NCBI GenBank assembly: GCA_963839575.1
Contig: CAWIVQ010000003.1
Coordinates: 3,506,579 to 3,570,578 of the forward strand
DNA length: 64,000 bases
Direction of reading: 5' to 3'
Source: an uncultured Actinomycetes bacterium
GTDB taxonomy: Bacteria; Actinomycetota; Acidimicrobiia; IMCC26256; PALSA-610
In this document: piece after piece, positions 42,389 to 52,008 of the stretch
How positions within the stretch are numbered: the stretch's first letter is position 1
Layout: the number at the start of each line of letters is the position of its first letter
Translations under genes and position numbers: made by a program
The notes under the pieces: generated by a model
The model's input: only the letters and a program-made list of their open reading frames with translations
Databases searched by the model: none
Told to the model about the DNA's origin: nothing

Positions 42389-43141
42389 TCAGTGGCCCAT
42401 GGCCAGACCGCCGTCGACCGGCACAACCGCTCCGGTCACGTACGCGGCGGGTTCCGAGCACAGGAAGGCGATGACGGCCGCACATTCCGCGGCGGTACCG
42501 AAGCGGCCCAGTGGTACGGCCGTTTCGACCTGGGTGCGCCACTCGTCGGTCAGCTCGTCGGTCATCGAGGTCACGATAGGGCCGGGCGCGACGACATTGC
42601 AGGTGATGTTGCGCCGGGCCAGCTCGCGAGCGACGCTGCGCGTGAGCCCGACCAGGCCGGCCTTCGCGGCTGCGTAGTTGGCCTGCCCGGCCTGCCCGAT
42701 GTGCGCGCTCGCGGAGGAGACGTTCACGATCCGGCCGAAGCGCGCTTTCATCATCGCGGGCGTGGCCCGCCGGATGGTGTGGAACGCGCCGGTGAGGTTC
42801 GTGTCGATCACCGCGCGCCAGTGTTCGTCGGTCATCCGTACGACGAGCCCGTCATGGGTGATGCCGGCGTTGTTCACGAGCACGGTGACCGGACCGAACG
42901 AGCTCTCGATCTCGCCGAAGGCCGCGTCGACCGCGTCGGCGTCGGCGACGTCGGCGCGCACTGCCAGCGCCTTGCCGCCGGCGTGCTCGACCATCTCACG
43001 TGTCTCGCTCGCACCGGCGGCGTCGGACGAGTAACAAAACGCCACCGGATGGCCCGCGCGCGCGAGCGCGAGAACCGTCTCGCGTCCGATCCCTCGGGAT
43101 CCACCGGTGACGAACGCGACGCGGTCCTGCGGGCCGCTCAA
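42389..43141 (-). CDS. fabG: 3-oxoacyl-ACP reductase
   Basis: TTG at 43141 overlaps the fabH TGA. VAFVTGGSRGIG, LVNNAGI, NVSSASAHIGQAGQANYAAAKAG, SDR catalytic pattern. Confidence 0.88.
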   Translation of the reverse strand: MSGPQDRVAFVTGGSRGIGRETVLALARAGHPVAFCYSSDAAGASETREMVEHAGGKALAVRADVADADAVDAAFGEIESSFGPVTVLVNNAGITHDGLVVRMTDEHWRAVIDTNLTGAFHTIRRATPAMMKARFGRIVNVSSASAHIGQAGQANYAAAKAGLVGLTRSVARELARRNITCNVVAPGPIVTSMTDELTDEWRTQVETAVPLGRFGTAAECAAVIAFLCSEPAAYVTGAVVPVDGGLAMGH

Positions 43142-44124
43142 CGCGCGCCCCAGCGCAACAGCGCACTCGCCCAGGTCATGCCTGCGCCGAACCCGGAACA
43201 CAACACGAGGTCGCCTTCGTGCACGCGCCCGTCGTCGACGGCCTCGAACAGGGCGAGTGGGATCGAGGCCGAGGAGGTATTGCCGTAGCGGTCGATGTTC
43301 ATCAGCGTACGCTCCGCCGCGAAGCCGAGACGGTTGCCTGCGGCCTCGATGATGCGGGCATTGGCCTGATGCGGCACGAACCACGCAACCTGAGCGGCGT
43401 CGACCCCGGCGCGTTCCAGCGTGAGCTGGGCCGAGTCGACGACCGCGCGGACGGCCCGCCGGAACACCTCTTGTCCTTGCATCTTCAGGTAGTGCTCACC
43501 GTCGGCCACGGTTGCGGCGCTCGCCGGTAGCCGGCTGCCGCCGGCGCGGATCTCGAGCAACGCCGTCGCGGAGCCGTCGCACCCGAGATCCCACGCGAGC
43601 ACGCCCGGCGTCTCACGGGTCGGGGCGAGCACCGCCGCGCCCGCGCCGTCGCCGAACAGGACGGTCGTGGTGCGATCCAACGGGTCGACGATGCGGCTCA
43701 GGGTCTCGGCGCCGACGAGCAGGACGTGGTCGTAGCCCATGTTGATCATGGACGCGCCGATCACGAGCTCGTACACGAAGCCGGCGCAGGCCGCGCTGAT
43801 GTCGAACGAACCGCACTGCAGCCCGAGCATCTCGCCGACGAACGCGCCGGTATGCGGCATCGGCTGCTCCGGCGTCGCGGTGGCGACGATCAGGAGGTCG
43901 ATGTCGGTCGGAACGAGGCCGGCGCGTTTGATCGCGTTCGTCGCGGCCTCGGCGCCGAGTGTCGCGGTGGTCTCACCCACTCCGGCGACGCGCCGTTCGC
44001 GGATCCCGGTGCGCTCGACGATCCACGAGTCGTTCGTGTCGAGCCTGGCTTCGAGGTCGGCGTTGGTGACGCGTCCTTCGGGAAGCGCGGTTCCCCAGCC
44101 GACGATCCCGGCCGAGACGGTCAC
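43138..44124 (-). CDS. fabH: 3-oxoacyl-ACP synthase III
   Basis: 328 aa. DTNDSWIVERTGIRERR, DISAACAGFVY, VPHQANARI, YGNTSSASIPLAL. Confidence 0.92.
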   Translation of the reverse strand: MTVSAGIVGWGTALPEGRVTNADLEARLDTNDSWIVERTGIRERRVAGVGETTATLGAEAATNAIKRAGLVPTDIDLLIVATATPEQPMPHTGAFVGEMLGLQCGSFDISAACAGFVYELVIGASMINMGYDHVLLVGAETLSRIVDPLDRTTTVLFGDGAGAAVLAPTRETPGVLAWDLGCDGSATALLEIRAGGSRLPASAATVADGEHYLKMQGQEVFRRAVRAVVDSAQLTLERAGVDAAQVAWFVPHQANARIIEAAGNRLGFAAERTLMNIDRYGNTSSASIPLALFEAVDDGRVHEGDLVLCSGFGAGMTWASALLRWGAR

Positions 44125-44384
44125 GCGACGCGCATCCAGGCGACCGCTTGCCCCTCGCGCAGCCGTTCGCCCGCGTGGGCCATGAAGCCCATGACGACCC
44201 CGCTGAAGGCGCTCCGGACCGGCTCGCGCGTACCGGGGCCCTCGACCACTCCGACGATCTCACCGACGCTCACCGTGGCGCCGGCTTCGAGGCCGAGGGG
44301 TTGGAAGACCCCGACGGCCGGGGCAACGATCATGCGTTCGACCATCGCGACCCGCTCGCCCTCGAGATCGAGTTGGCGACTCAT
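44121..44384 (-). CDS. biotinyl/lipoyl-domain-like small protein with no lysine at all
   Basis: 87 aa: MSRQLDLEGERVAMVERMIVAPAVGVFQPLGLEAGATVSVGEIVGVVEGPGTREPVRSAFSGVVMGFMAHAGERLREGQAVAWMRVA. It follows the BCCP-domain pattern (V.AP..G.F....G..V..G...G..E....V.S...G.V......G..L..GQ.V), but the E-A-M-K-M position reads EGPGTR. ATGA overlap with fabD and overlap with the fabH start. Confidence 0.6.
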   Translation of the reverse strand: MSRQLDLEGERVAMVERMIVAPAVGVFQPLGLEAGATVSVGEIVGVVEGPGTREPVRSAFSGVVMGFMAHAGERLREGQAVAWMRVA

Positions 44385-45313
44385 GAGCTCTCCTCGGTGA
44401 ACAGTCGCTCGCACTCGGCGGGGGTGCCGCACGCGAGGACGGGGATGTCGGGGACGGTGCGCTTGGCGACGCCGGCGATCATCGAGCCGGCGCCGACCTC
44501 GACGAAGGCCGCGGCGCCGAGACCGGCGAGCGTCTCCATCGATGCGCGCCATCGCACGGGAACCGTGACGTGATCCGCCAGGCGGGCGCGCCAGCCGTCG
44601 GTGTCGTCGCCGGAATACGCCACGCCGTCGTGATTCGAGACGACGGGCGCGCTCGGCGCCGTGAACGGAACCGTCGCGAGGGCGGTGACGAGACCATCGC
44701 GCGCCGAGCTCATGAGGGGTGTGTGGAACGCGCCACCGACGTTGAGCTTGGTCGCGCGGCGCACGCCGATCGCTTTGGCGCGCGCGAGCGCGAGCTCGAG
44801 ACCTTCGGGTGTTCCCGCGATGACGACCTGGCCGGGTGCATTGTCGTTCGCGACCCACGCGCCGCCCGGCGCGGCGGCGCACGCGTCGTCGGCCTGGTCG
44901 GTCGTGGCGCCGAGGAGCGCAGCCATACGTCCCGGATGCGCGTCGGCCGCGGCCTGGGTGAGCTCGGCGCGCCGCGCGGCGAAACGCACGCCGTCTTCGA
45001 GATCGAGGGCGCCCGCGGCGATGAGCGCCGTCACCTGCCCGAGCGAGTGGCCGGCGAATGCGACGACGTCGTCGAGCATCGGGCGGGCCGCTTCCCAGGC
45101 GACGAGCGACGTACACAGCACGGCCAGTTGGGCTTCACGTGTGCGACCGAGCTGTTCGGCCGTCGCGTCGAGGAGGAGCGGAGCGAGCGGTTCGCCCAGC
45201 GCGGCCTCGGCCTGCTCCACGATCTTCCACGCGGGATGGTCGCGCCACGGCGCGCCCATCCCGGGGGTTTGTGTTCCCTGCCCGGGGAACACGACCGCGA
45301 CGCGGACGAGCAA
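44381..45313 (-). CDS. fabD: malonyl-CoA:ACP transacylase
   Basis: VAVVFPGQGTQTPGMG, FAGHSLGQVTAL (active-site Ser), GAFHTPLM. TTG at 45313 chosen as start inside ORF 44381..45532. Confidence 0.88.
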   Translation of the reverse strand: MLVRVAVVFPGQGTQTPGMGAPWRDHPAWKIVEQAEAALGEPLAPLLLDATAEQLGRTREAQLAVLCTSLVAWEAARPMLDDVVAFAGHSLGQVTALIAAGALDLEDGVRFAARRAELTQAAADAHPGRMAALLGATTDQADDACAAAPGGAWVANDNAPGQVVIAGTPEGLELALARAKAIGVRRATKLNVGGAFHTPLMSSARDGLVTALATVPFTAPSAPVVSNHDGVAYSGDDTDGWRARLADHVTVPVRWRASMETLAGLGAAAFVEVGAGSMIAGVAKRTVPDIPVLACGTPAECERLFTEESS

Positions 45314-45498
45314 ACCTCCGGGGAACGAATTGCGAGCTGGGCCGAGACACACAGGAGCGGGACCGAAGCAGTTCGACCCCGGTGCTCCACGCAGGGTTAC
45401 ACGCGTGTGTGACCGGTCGATACATGATGCATGAACGAGGCGTTTCGTACGGGACGGTAACCGGCCGTACCCGCGGGTAATCGCGCTACTGCGCGGTA

Positions 45499-45936
45499 AT
45501 GTCGGTCGCAATGGACGACGCCCCGAGCGCACTCGTCGCGCTGTTGCCTCATCGCGCGCCGTTCCTCTTCGTCGACGACGTCGACGCGTGCGAGCCGGCG
45601 GTGAGCGTGCGGGCGCACTACCGGGTCACGGGCGACGAGCCGTTCCTCGCCGGCCATTTCCCGGGGAACCCGATCTTCCCCGGGGTCCTCCAGCTCGAAG
45701 CCCTCGCGCAGACCGGCGCGATCGCGGTGCTCGCCGACGCGCGTTTCGCGGGCAAGCTGGCGCTCTTCGGCGGAGTCGAAGACGTCCGGTTCCGCCGCAT
45801 CGTGCGTCCGGGTGAGGTGCTCGATCTCGCCGTCGACATCGAACGCCTCAGCGGGCGCGGCGGCTGGGGCAAGGGTGTCGCGTCGGTCGGGGGCGCGGAG
45901 TGCTGCCGGGCCCGCTTGCTGTTCGCCCTGGCCTGA
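45499..45936 (+). CDS. fabZ: 3-hydroxyacyl-ACP dehydratase FabZ
   Basis: 145 aa. LPHRAPFLFVD, FLAGHFPGNPIFPGVLQLEALAQ. Divergent from the fabD operon. Confidence 0.85.
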   Translation: MSVAMDDAPSALVALLPHRAPFLFVDDVDACEPAVSVRAHYRVTGDEPFLAGHFPGNPIFPGVLQLEALAQTGAIAVLADARFAGKLALFGGVEDVRFRRIVRPGEVLDLAVDIERLSGRGGWGKGVASVGGAECCRARLLFALA

Positions 45937-45990
45937 CCGCCGTGGCCTGATCGCCCTGGCCTGATCGCCGTGGCCGGGTACGGCGATCAG
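45929..45990. repeat. 3.4 copies of a 14-nt tandem repeat (TGGCCTGAYCGCCS) ending in a perfect 11-bp hairpin
   Basis: Units at 45929, 45943, 45957 and a partial one at 45971; the first contains the fabZ stop. ctgatcgccgt (45961-71) pairs with acggcgatcag (45980-90) across an 8-nt loop, between convergent ORFs. Confidence 0.7.
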
Positions 45991-46292
45991 CGCTTGCGGC
46001 GGCGCTGCTGTTCTTGGCCGAGCCGCTGGAGCGCGGCGAGCTCGCCCGCCGTGTACTGGCGAGGGTGCTCGACCCGGGGTGCAGGCGGGATCGTCGGCTG
46101 CTCCGGGTCCTGGCCGAGCAGCAGCCTCGTCTCGGCCTCACGCGAAAGCGGCGGCTCGGCCCGGACGCGGCGCGACGGTGCGATCAAGATCATGAGCAGC
46201 GCCGCTGCCGAGGCACCCACGATGATGCCCACCACGAACTCCACCACGCTTGCGATGGTACCGAAATGGCATGATGGGAGAGCCCGTTTCAC
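45987..46292 (-). CDS. hypothetical small membrane protein
   Basis: 101-aa ORF. One hydrophobic helix ([24 protein letters not shown]) followed by a charged tail. No recognisable family. Confidence 0.35.
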   Translation of the reverse strand: MKRALPSCHFGTIASVVEFVVGIIVGASAAALLMILIAPSRRVRAEPPLSREAETRLLLGQDPEQPTIPPAPRVEHPRQYTAGELAALQRLGQEQQRRRKR

Positions 46293-46314
46293 GCGCTTTG
46301 TGGGAAACGACCGC

Positions 46315-46397
46315 GCCCGAGTGGTGGAATGGCAGACACGACGGACTCAAAATCCGTTGCCCGCAAGGGCGTGAGGGTTCAAGTCCCTCCTCGGGTA
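46315..46397 (+). tRNA. tRNA-Leu (anticodon CAA)
   Basis: GCCCGAG acceptor pairing with CTCGGGT. Anticodon stem-loop ACGGA-CTCAAAA-TCCGT. Long variable arm TGCCCGCAAGGGCGT. T-arm GAGGG-TTCAAGT-CCCTC. Discriminator A. CCA not encoded exactly. Confidence 0.85.
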
Positions 46398-46408
46398 CCC
46401 ACTGACGA

Positions 46409-49382
46409 TCAGGAGACACCTCGCCGACTCGCCGGCGGTCTCGCCAACGCGTGTATCTGCTCACGCACGAATTCGATGATCTCGCCGTCGCTCAGCGTCG
46501 TCCCCCGTCGAACCGCGGAGGCGAAGGCGCTCGCTCCGAGTTGGCGGCGGAGGTCGTCGACGAGAGCGCTGAGGCGCTGGGCGTCGGCCGCCTCGAACGG
46601 TAGGGCGTACGCGGCCCCGGCGGCGGTAAGCGCGCCGTGGAGTGTCGCGGCACCGAGGTGTGCCCGGAGCTGCACGAGGATGCCGAAGACGTGGCGTAGC
46701 GACAGCCACTGGTTGGCCCAGTCGCCGCCGCGGTACCAGAGCTCGACGACGTCCGCGTAGCGGTGCAGGGCCTCGCGCGGCTCGCCCTCGCGGCGCGGAG
46801 CCACAACACCTCGGTGAGGGCGAAGGCCTCGATCCAACGGTTACCGGCATCGCGGGCGAGGTCCACCGCGCGACGCAGGTGCTCGGTTGCCTCCGTCGGA
46901 TTCGTCGACTCGAGCGCCAGTCCGAGCGCGTAGCTCGCCTGCGCGTGGGCGGTGGGTGAATCGGAGGCCATGGCGGCGGCGCGCGCTTCGCCGGCGAGCT
47001 GCGCACCTTTCACGTACTCGCCGACGCTCGTATGCGCGACCGATCGCATGTAGAGCGCATGGGTGAGCCGTGCGGGCGATCCGTCCCCGCGGACTCGATC
47101 ATCCGGTCCATCCATCCGGTGCCTCCCACCGTGTCGCCGCGGTAGAAGCGCGCGTTGGCCAGCGCCCGTTCCGCCAGGCCGGAGCAGTCGACGTTCAGTC
47201 GCTCGGCCTCGGCGACCGCGAGTTCGCCGAGCTCGATCGCTGCTTCGAGGTCGCCGCGCACGAACCGGCCGTAGGCCGTGACCGCGACCAGCACCGCAAA
47301 GCGCGGGTGCGCCGCGGCGCCGGGGAGTGCGCTGACGGCTTCGGCCCAGTTGGTGATCTCCGCGTGCATGCACCGGAACCCGTACTCCCGTAGCCCGACC
47401 ACCAGCCGCAGCCCGAGATCGACGTCAGCGTGTTCGAGCGACCAGATGTGCGCGGATCGGAGGTTGTCGTAGTCACGGTCGAGCGCGGCGACCGCCGCGG
47501 CTTCGTCGGCGCCGGACAAGGCCTGGGCACTTCGTTCCACGAGGTCGAGGTACCAGTGCGCATGTCGGTTCCGCACCGCCTCGCGCTCGTCTCGGCCTAT
47601 TCGATCTCGGCCGAATTCGCGGAGTGTCTCCAAGAGGCGGTAACGGGGGAGGTGCTCGTCGACCAGTTGCACCATGGACTTGTCGACGAGGTTCGCGAGG
47701 AGTGTCGAGACTCTGGCCGGGCTGAGATCCTCACCCGCGCACACTCCTTCGGCGGCATCGAGCCCGAAGGTGCCGGCGAACACGCCGAGGCGCCCGAAGA
47801 GTCGTTGCTCATCGGGATCCAGCAGGTCGTGCGACCAAGCGACGAGATCGTGCAGGGTCCGGTGCCGGGCGATCATCGACGTCTGGGAACCGGCGAGGAT
47901 CTCGAACTCCCCGTCGAGCCGCTCGGCGAGTGCGGCCGGGCTCATCGCTCGGATGCGAGCCGCGGCGAGCTCGATCGCGAGCGGCAGTCCGTCGAGACGT
48001 CGAACGATCTCCGCGATCACACTGACGTCGTCGGGCTCGGGGGCGTATCCCGGCCGCGCGGCCCGCGCTCGCTCGAAGAACAGCTGCATCGCCGGCGCGT
48101 CGGAGGCCAACGTGGCGCTGGAACCTTCCGACGCGACGTCGAGCGGGCCGACGCGCCACACCTGCTCGCTCGGAAGCCCCAACACCTCCCGACTGGTCGC
48201 GAGCACCGTGACCTCGGAGCACAAGCTCAGTAGCCGGTCGGCCAGTGGGGCGACGGCAGCCCGGAGGTGCTCGCAATTATCGAGCACGAGCAAGGCTTTT
48301 CGGGCTCGCAGGTACTCGACGAGCGTCTCCTCGACGGAGAGGTGCTGGCGCTGTTGTACATCGAGCACCGTTGCGATGGCGGCGACGGTCGAAGCGGGAT
48401 CATGGAGCGGCGCCAGCTCCGCGACGAAGACCTCACCTCCGAACTCGTCCCACAGGTCGTGCGCGAGCCGCATGGCGAGCCGGGTCTTGCCGACACCCCC
48501 CGGCCCGGTCAGTGTCAACAGGCGAACGTGGTGCAGCCGGTCGATGAGCCGGTCGAGCTCCTCGTCCCGACCGATCAGCTGCGTGGTATCGACGGGGAGG
48601 TGTCGTGGCTTCGAAGGCCGAGATGCCGCGTTCGTCTGCAGCAAGGTCTGGTCGTCGTTGAGTACACGAGCCTCGAGCTCCCGGAGCGCCGACGAGGGTT
48701 CGAGCCCGAGCTCATCGCGCAGGAGTCTTCGGTAGGCGTCTGCTTGGCGCAACGCTTCCGCCGCCCGTCCGCTGCGGTACAAGGCGACGATCAGTTGATG
48801 CCGGAGCCGCTCACGCAGCGGGCTCTCGGCGACGAGCGCCTCGAGCTGGCCGACGCACGCGCCGTGTTCCCCGAGCGCGAGGCGCGCCTCTAACAGGTCC
48901 TCTCGCGCGTTCGTGCGCAACTCGTTCAGTCGCATCTCTTCGAGGCGGGCCCAGTCGAACTCGGCGAATTCCGCGAACGCGGACCCTCGCCAACACGACA
49001 GTGCGGCACCGAGGTGCTCGATCGCCACCGCCGGGTCCGGCTCACCGTTGGCAAGCGAACACAAGCGTTCGAAACGTCCGGCGTCGAGCGTGTCGCGGTC
49101 GACCTCGAGCACATAGCCCGGTGGCCGGGCAACGATGTCGGCCTCGGGCCGGAGCAACTTGCGCAACCGCGAGATATTGCTTTGCAGCACGCCGGGAGGA
49201 TCGACCGGGGGGTTGTCGCTCCACAGCTCCTCGCAGAGCCGGTCGGTCGACACGATCTCGCCGTGGCGCGCGGCCAGGAGGGCGAGCACCAGACGCGGCT
49301 TCGGCCCACCGATCGGTACCGGTTGTCCGCCGCGAACCAGCGCGATGCCGCCGAGCACCCGGATCTCGAGACCGCCGTCCAC
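46409..49382 (-). pseudogene. large SARP/AfsR-type regulator (winged-helix DNA-binding, BTAD, NB-ARC ATPase, TPR-like C-terminus), two frame breaks
   Basis: ORF 47010..49382: LEIRVLGGIALVRGGQPVPIGGPKPRLVLALLA, BTAD region (DAGRFERL...LIVALYRSGRAAEALRQ), Walker A LTGPGGVGKTRLA, LVLDNCEH, GLPLAIELAA. The C-terminus continues DGSPARLTHALYMRSVAH...DAGNRWIEAFALTEV in the frame of 46492..47373, then REGEPREALHRYADVVELWYRGGDW... in the frame of 46409..46837. Breaks near 47083 (in a CCCC run) and about 46795. Confidence 0.8.
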
Positions 49383-49550
49383 GACCGCATTCTCGCAAGC
49401 GCGCTTGCAGAAGACCTGCCGACCCTTGCAAGCGCCCGGCAGCCGTTCCGCAGCCGGCTCCCGAGACTCTGCCTCCGGACGAACCCAATGCGGATCTCGA
49501 AACCGGAGGCGACGTTGTCTCGCGAGGTCCTCTACCAGGAGGCATCACCG

Positions 49551-50363
49551 ATGAATCCCAACCAGGCACTGTGGGAAAAGGGCGACTTCACTCGGATCGC
49601 GGCGAGCATGCGACGGAGCGGCGAAGACCTGGTCCGGCGGATCGGGATCGTCGCGGGCGCGAAGGTCCTGGATCTCGGCTGCGGCGACGGCACGACCGCG
49701 GTTCCGGCGGCGGAGCTCGGAGCCGACGTCGTAGGGGTCGACATCGCCCGGAACCTCGTCGAGGCGGGGAGCAAGCGGGCCGCGGACAAAGGGCTCACGA
49801 ACCTGAGATTCCAAGCAGGTGACGCGACCGACCTCGCAGGCTTGGCCGACGGCTCGTTCGATCTCACGATGAGCATCTTCGGGGCGATGTTTGCTCCCCG
49901 GCCGTTCGACGTGGCCAAGGAGATGGTGCGTGTGACGCGACCCGGCGGTCGGGTCGTGATGGGGAACTGGATCCCGGGCGACCCGACGCTCGTCGCGCAG
50001 ATCCTCGCGATCAGCTCCGCGTACTCGCCACCGCCGCCCGCAGGATTCGTGAGCCCGATGACGTGGGGACTCGTGGGCGACGCGGTCGAGCGCTTCGCCG
50101 CCGCCGGAGTTCCGCAGGACAAGATCTCGTGCGAGCGCGACACGTTTGTCTTCGACCTTGCCGTGTCGCCGACGGAATACCTCTCCGTGTTCCGGACGTA
50201 CTACGGCCCGACGATGAACGCGTTCGACGCAGCCGAGGCAAACGGTCGCGCCGACGAGCTGTTCGACGAGCTCGACTCTTTGTTCAACGAGCAGAACCAG
50301 AGCTCGAATCCTCACACGACCTGCATCCCCGCGACGTTCCTGCGGGTGACGGTCGACCTGTGA
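49551..50363 (+). CDS. class I SAM-dependent methyltransferase
   Basis: ATG at 49551 with an AGGAGG Shine-Dalgarno. VLDLGCGDGT motif I, DLTMSIFGAMF, RPGGRVVMGNW. Confidence 0.8.
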   Translation: MNPNQALWEKGDFTRIAASMRRSGEDLVRRIGIVAGAKVLDLGCGDGTTAVPAAELGADVVGVDIARNLVEAGSKRAADKGLTNLRFQAGDATDLAGLADGSFDLTMSIFGAMFAPRPFDVAKEMVRVTRPGGRVVMGNWIPGDPTLVAQILAISSAYSPPPPAGFVSPMTWGLVGDAVERFAAAGVPQDKISCERDTFVFDLAVSPTEYLSVFRTYYGPTMNAFDAAEANGRADELFDELDSLFNEQNQSSNPHTTCIPATFLRVTVDL

Positions 50364-50480
50364 GGTTGTGATGCGAGGCCGCGCTCTCGGACGGTGGCGC
50401 GGGCCGCAGCCCGACCATTGCCGTCGTTCGTCGACGCGAACGTGCGACCGGCGACTCGCGGGACGCGACGCAGACGCGAT

Positions 50481-50518
50481 GAGGCCCCCGGGGCCGTGAC
50501 AGCCGGATCGGGGGCCTC
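50481..50518. terminator. 10-bp perfect hairpin between convergent genes
   Basis: gaggcccccg (50481-90) and cgggggcctc (50509-18) with an 18-nt loop, followed by tt. Confidence 0.4.
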
Positions 50519-50586
50519 TTCGAGTACGCGAACCGCCAGATCGTCACTCCCGACGAAACGGTCGAGCGCGCGAGGGTTGCGGTTGG

Positions 50587-50700
50587 TTAGAGCGGGACAC
50601 CCGGCGGCGTGTAGCTGCCGTTCTGGGGGGCGAGCAGGCCCTCGACGTCTTCGCGACGCTCGATTGCCGGCGGGACGTATTTCGCCTCGTGTTCTTGCAT
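50587..50700 (-). CDS. candidate 37-aa small protein or peptide
   Basis: ATG at 50700 preceded by GGGAGGAAG at a spacing of 7 nt. MQEHEAKYVPPAIERREDVEGLLAPQNGSYTPPGVPL, stop TAA. Below the ORF-track size cutoff as an independent ORF (it is the tail of ORF 50587..51735). Confidence 0.4.
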   Translation of the reverse strand: MQEHEAKYVPPAIERREDVEGLLAPQNGSYTPPGVPL

Positions 50701-50867
50701 GCTGGTACTTCCTCCCTGTGAGGTGTCGTGCGCCGTGCGCACCACACCGGGTCTCCGCTCCTGGAGACCGAAACATAGCCAACGATCTGCCATCACGCTC
50801 GCCGTCCGGTGGCGCCCTGTCTGACGGTTCGCCCGCCCGCGCGCCGCGGGCCGAGGCCCCACACCCG

Positions 50868-51725
50868 CTACGGCGTCGGCGTGGGCTCGCTCTCGATGAG
50901 CTTCGCGGTCTCGGTGTACCGCGCCAACATGAGCGACGCGCCGACCGTCAGGGCAAAGCCGATGATCGCCACGGGCTCGAAATGCGGGCGGGTGTGGTCG
51001 CCGAGCACGGCGATTCCGACGATCGAGGGAACGACGGTCTCGACCCCGAACATCACGGCCGAGGTCGCGGTCACGGATCCGCGCTGCAGTGCGCTTGCGA
51101 ACATCAGCATCCCGCACGCGCCATAGAGCACGAGCGCGACCGCGACGGGCTCGATCGCGAGGTGCCACAGGTGGTGGGGGATGTGCAACGTCCGCGCCGC
51201 GACCGCGGTGCCCGTGAAGCCGAGCCCCGCGCACGCGGCCAGCGCGATCGCGCCCTTGGGATCCGCCAGGCGCGCCGCGCCGATCCCGGCCAGCGCGACG
51301 ACGGCCACGCCCGCGAGCAGCAAGGCGCGACCCGTGTGCGAGAGATGCTGGGCGTGCTCCGCTCCGGCCGACAGACCGAGGAGCGCGAGTCCCGCGATGA
51401 GCACGGCGATGGCAACGGTGTCGACGGTCCGGAGCCGAAATCCGAACACGAACACGGCCGCCAGCGCCGTCACCCCGATGCTGCCCGCGACCGCCGACTG
51501 CACCACGAAGAGCGGCAGCGTCCGCAACGCGACGACCGACGCGACGAATCCAATGGCGTCGAGTGCGAGCCCCGCGAGATACGGCAGCTGCCGTCCGAGG
51601 CGGGCGAACAGCATGAGGTCGAGGTGCCCCGCCGTCGCCGCGCGTCGCGCGCCCGCCGCTTGCAGGATCGTGCCGAACCCGTAGCTCACGTTGGCGACGA
51701 GCGCGCAGATCAATGCGAGAAGCAT
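50868..51725 (-). CDS. EamA/DMT-family membrane transporter
   Basis: 285 aa, about 9-10 hydrophobic helices with two-fold internal repeat character. No other motif recognised. Confidence 0.65.
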   Translation of the reverse strand: MLLALICALVANVSYGFGTILQAAGARRAATAGHLDLMLFARLGRQLPYLAGLALDAIGFVASVVALRTLPLFVVQSAVAGSIGVTALAAVFVFGFRLRTVDTVAIAVLIAGLALLGLSAGAEHAQHLSHTGRALLLAGVAVVALAGIGAARLADPKGAIALAACAGLGFTGTAVAARTLHIPHHLWHLAIEPVAVALVLYGACGMLMFASALQRGSVTATSAVMFGVETVVPSIVGIAVLGDHTRPHFEPVAIIGFALTVGASLMLARYTETAKLIESEPTPTP

Positions 51726-52008
51726 CTGCGCACAAGACTACGAGCCCACCGGCCCGGTGCCCGGCCGGGACGGTCGATCGCTCGTGCTCGGGGGAGCCTC
51801 CGATGCTCCTCGTCGATGCCGGCGATCAACGTCACTACCGGCGATCGAGCCAACCCGGTGCCCGCGGCGCGGGGCCGCGGGCACCGGGTTCGGTCGACCG
51901 GCGGAGGGTCTCTCGCAGCTCGTCGTGGTCGGGCCGCGACGATCGGACGGCGGCATCGCACCGCGAACGCCGCCATGGCGCGGCGAGCGCCGTAGACTGG
52001 CTGGTTCC

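Noticed and set aside
46315-46397. bldA-like developmental tRNA next to a SARP regulator.
   Set aside because: The anticodon is CAA (reads UUG), not UAA (reads UUA), so the bldA analogy does not apply.
50587-50700. Lasso-peptide precursor, because of a YxxP motif (KYVPPAI) in the 37-aa ORF.
   Set aside because: The rest of the leader pattern (Leu, then Gly after 3 residues, then a penultimate Thr) does not fit. No lasso cyclase, leader peptidase or RRE gene is nearby.
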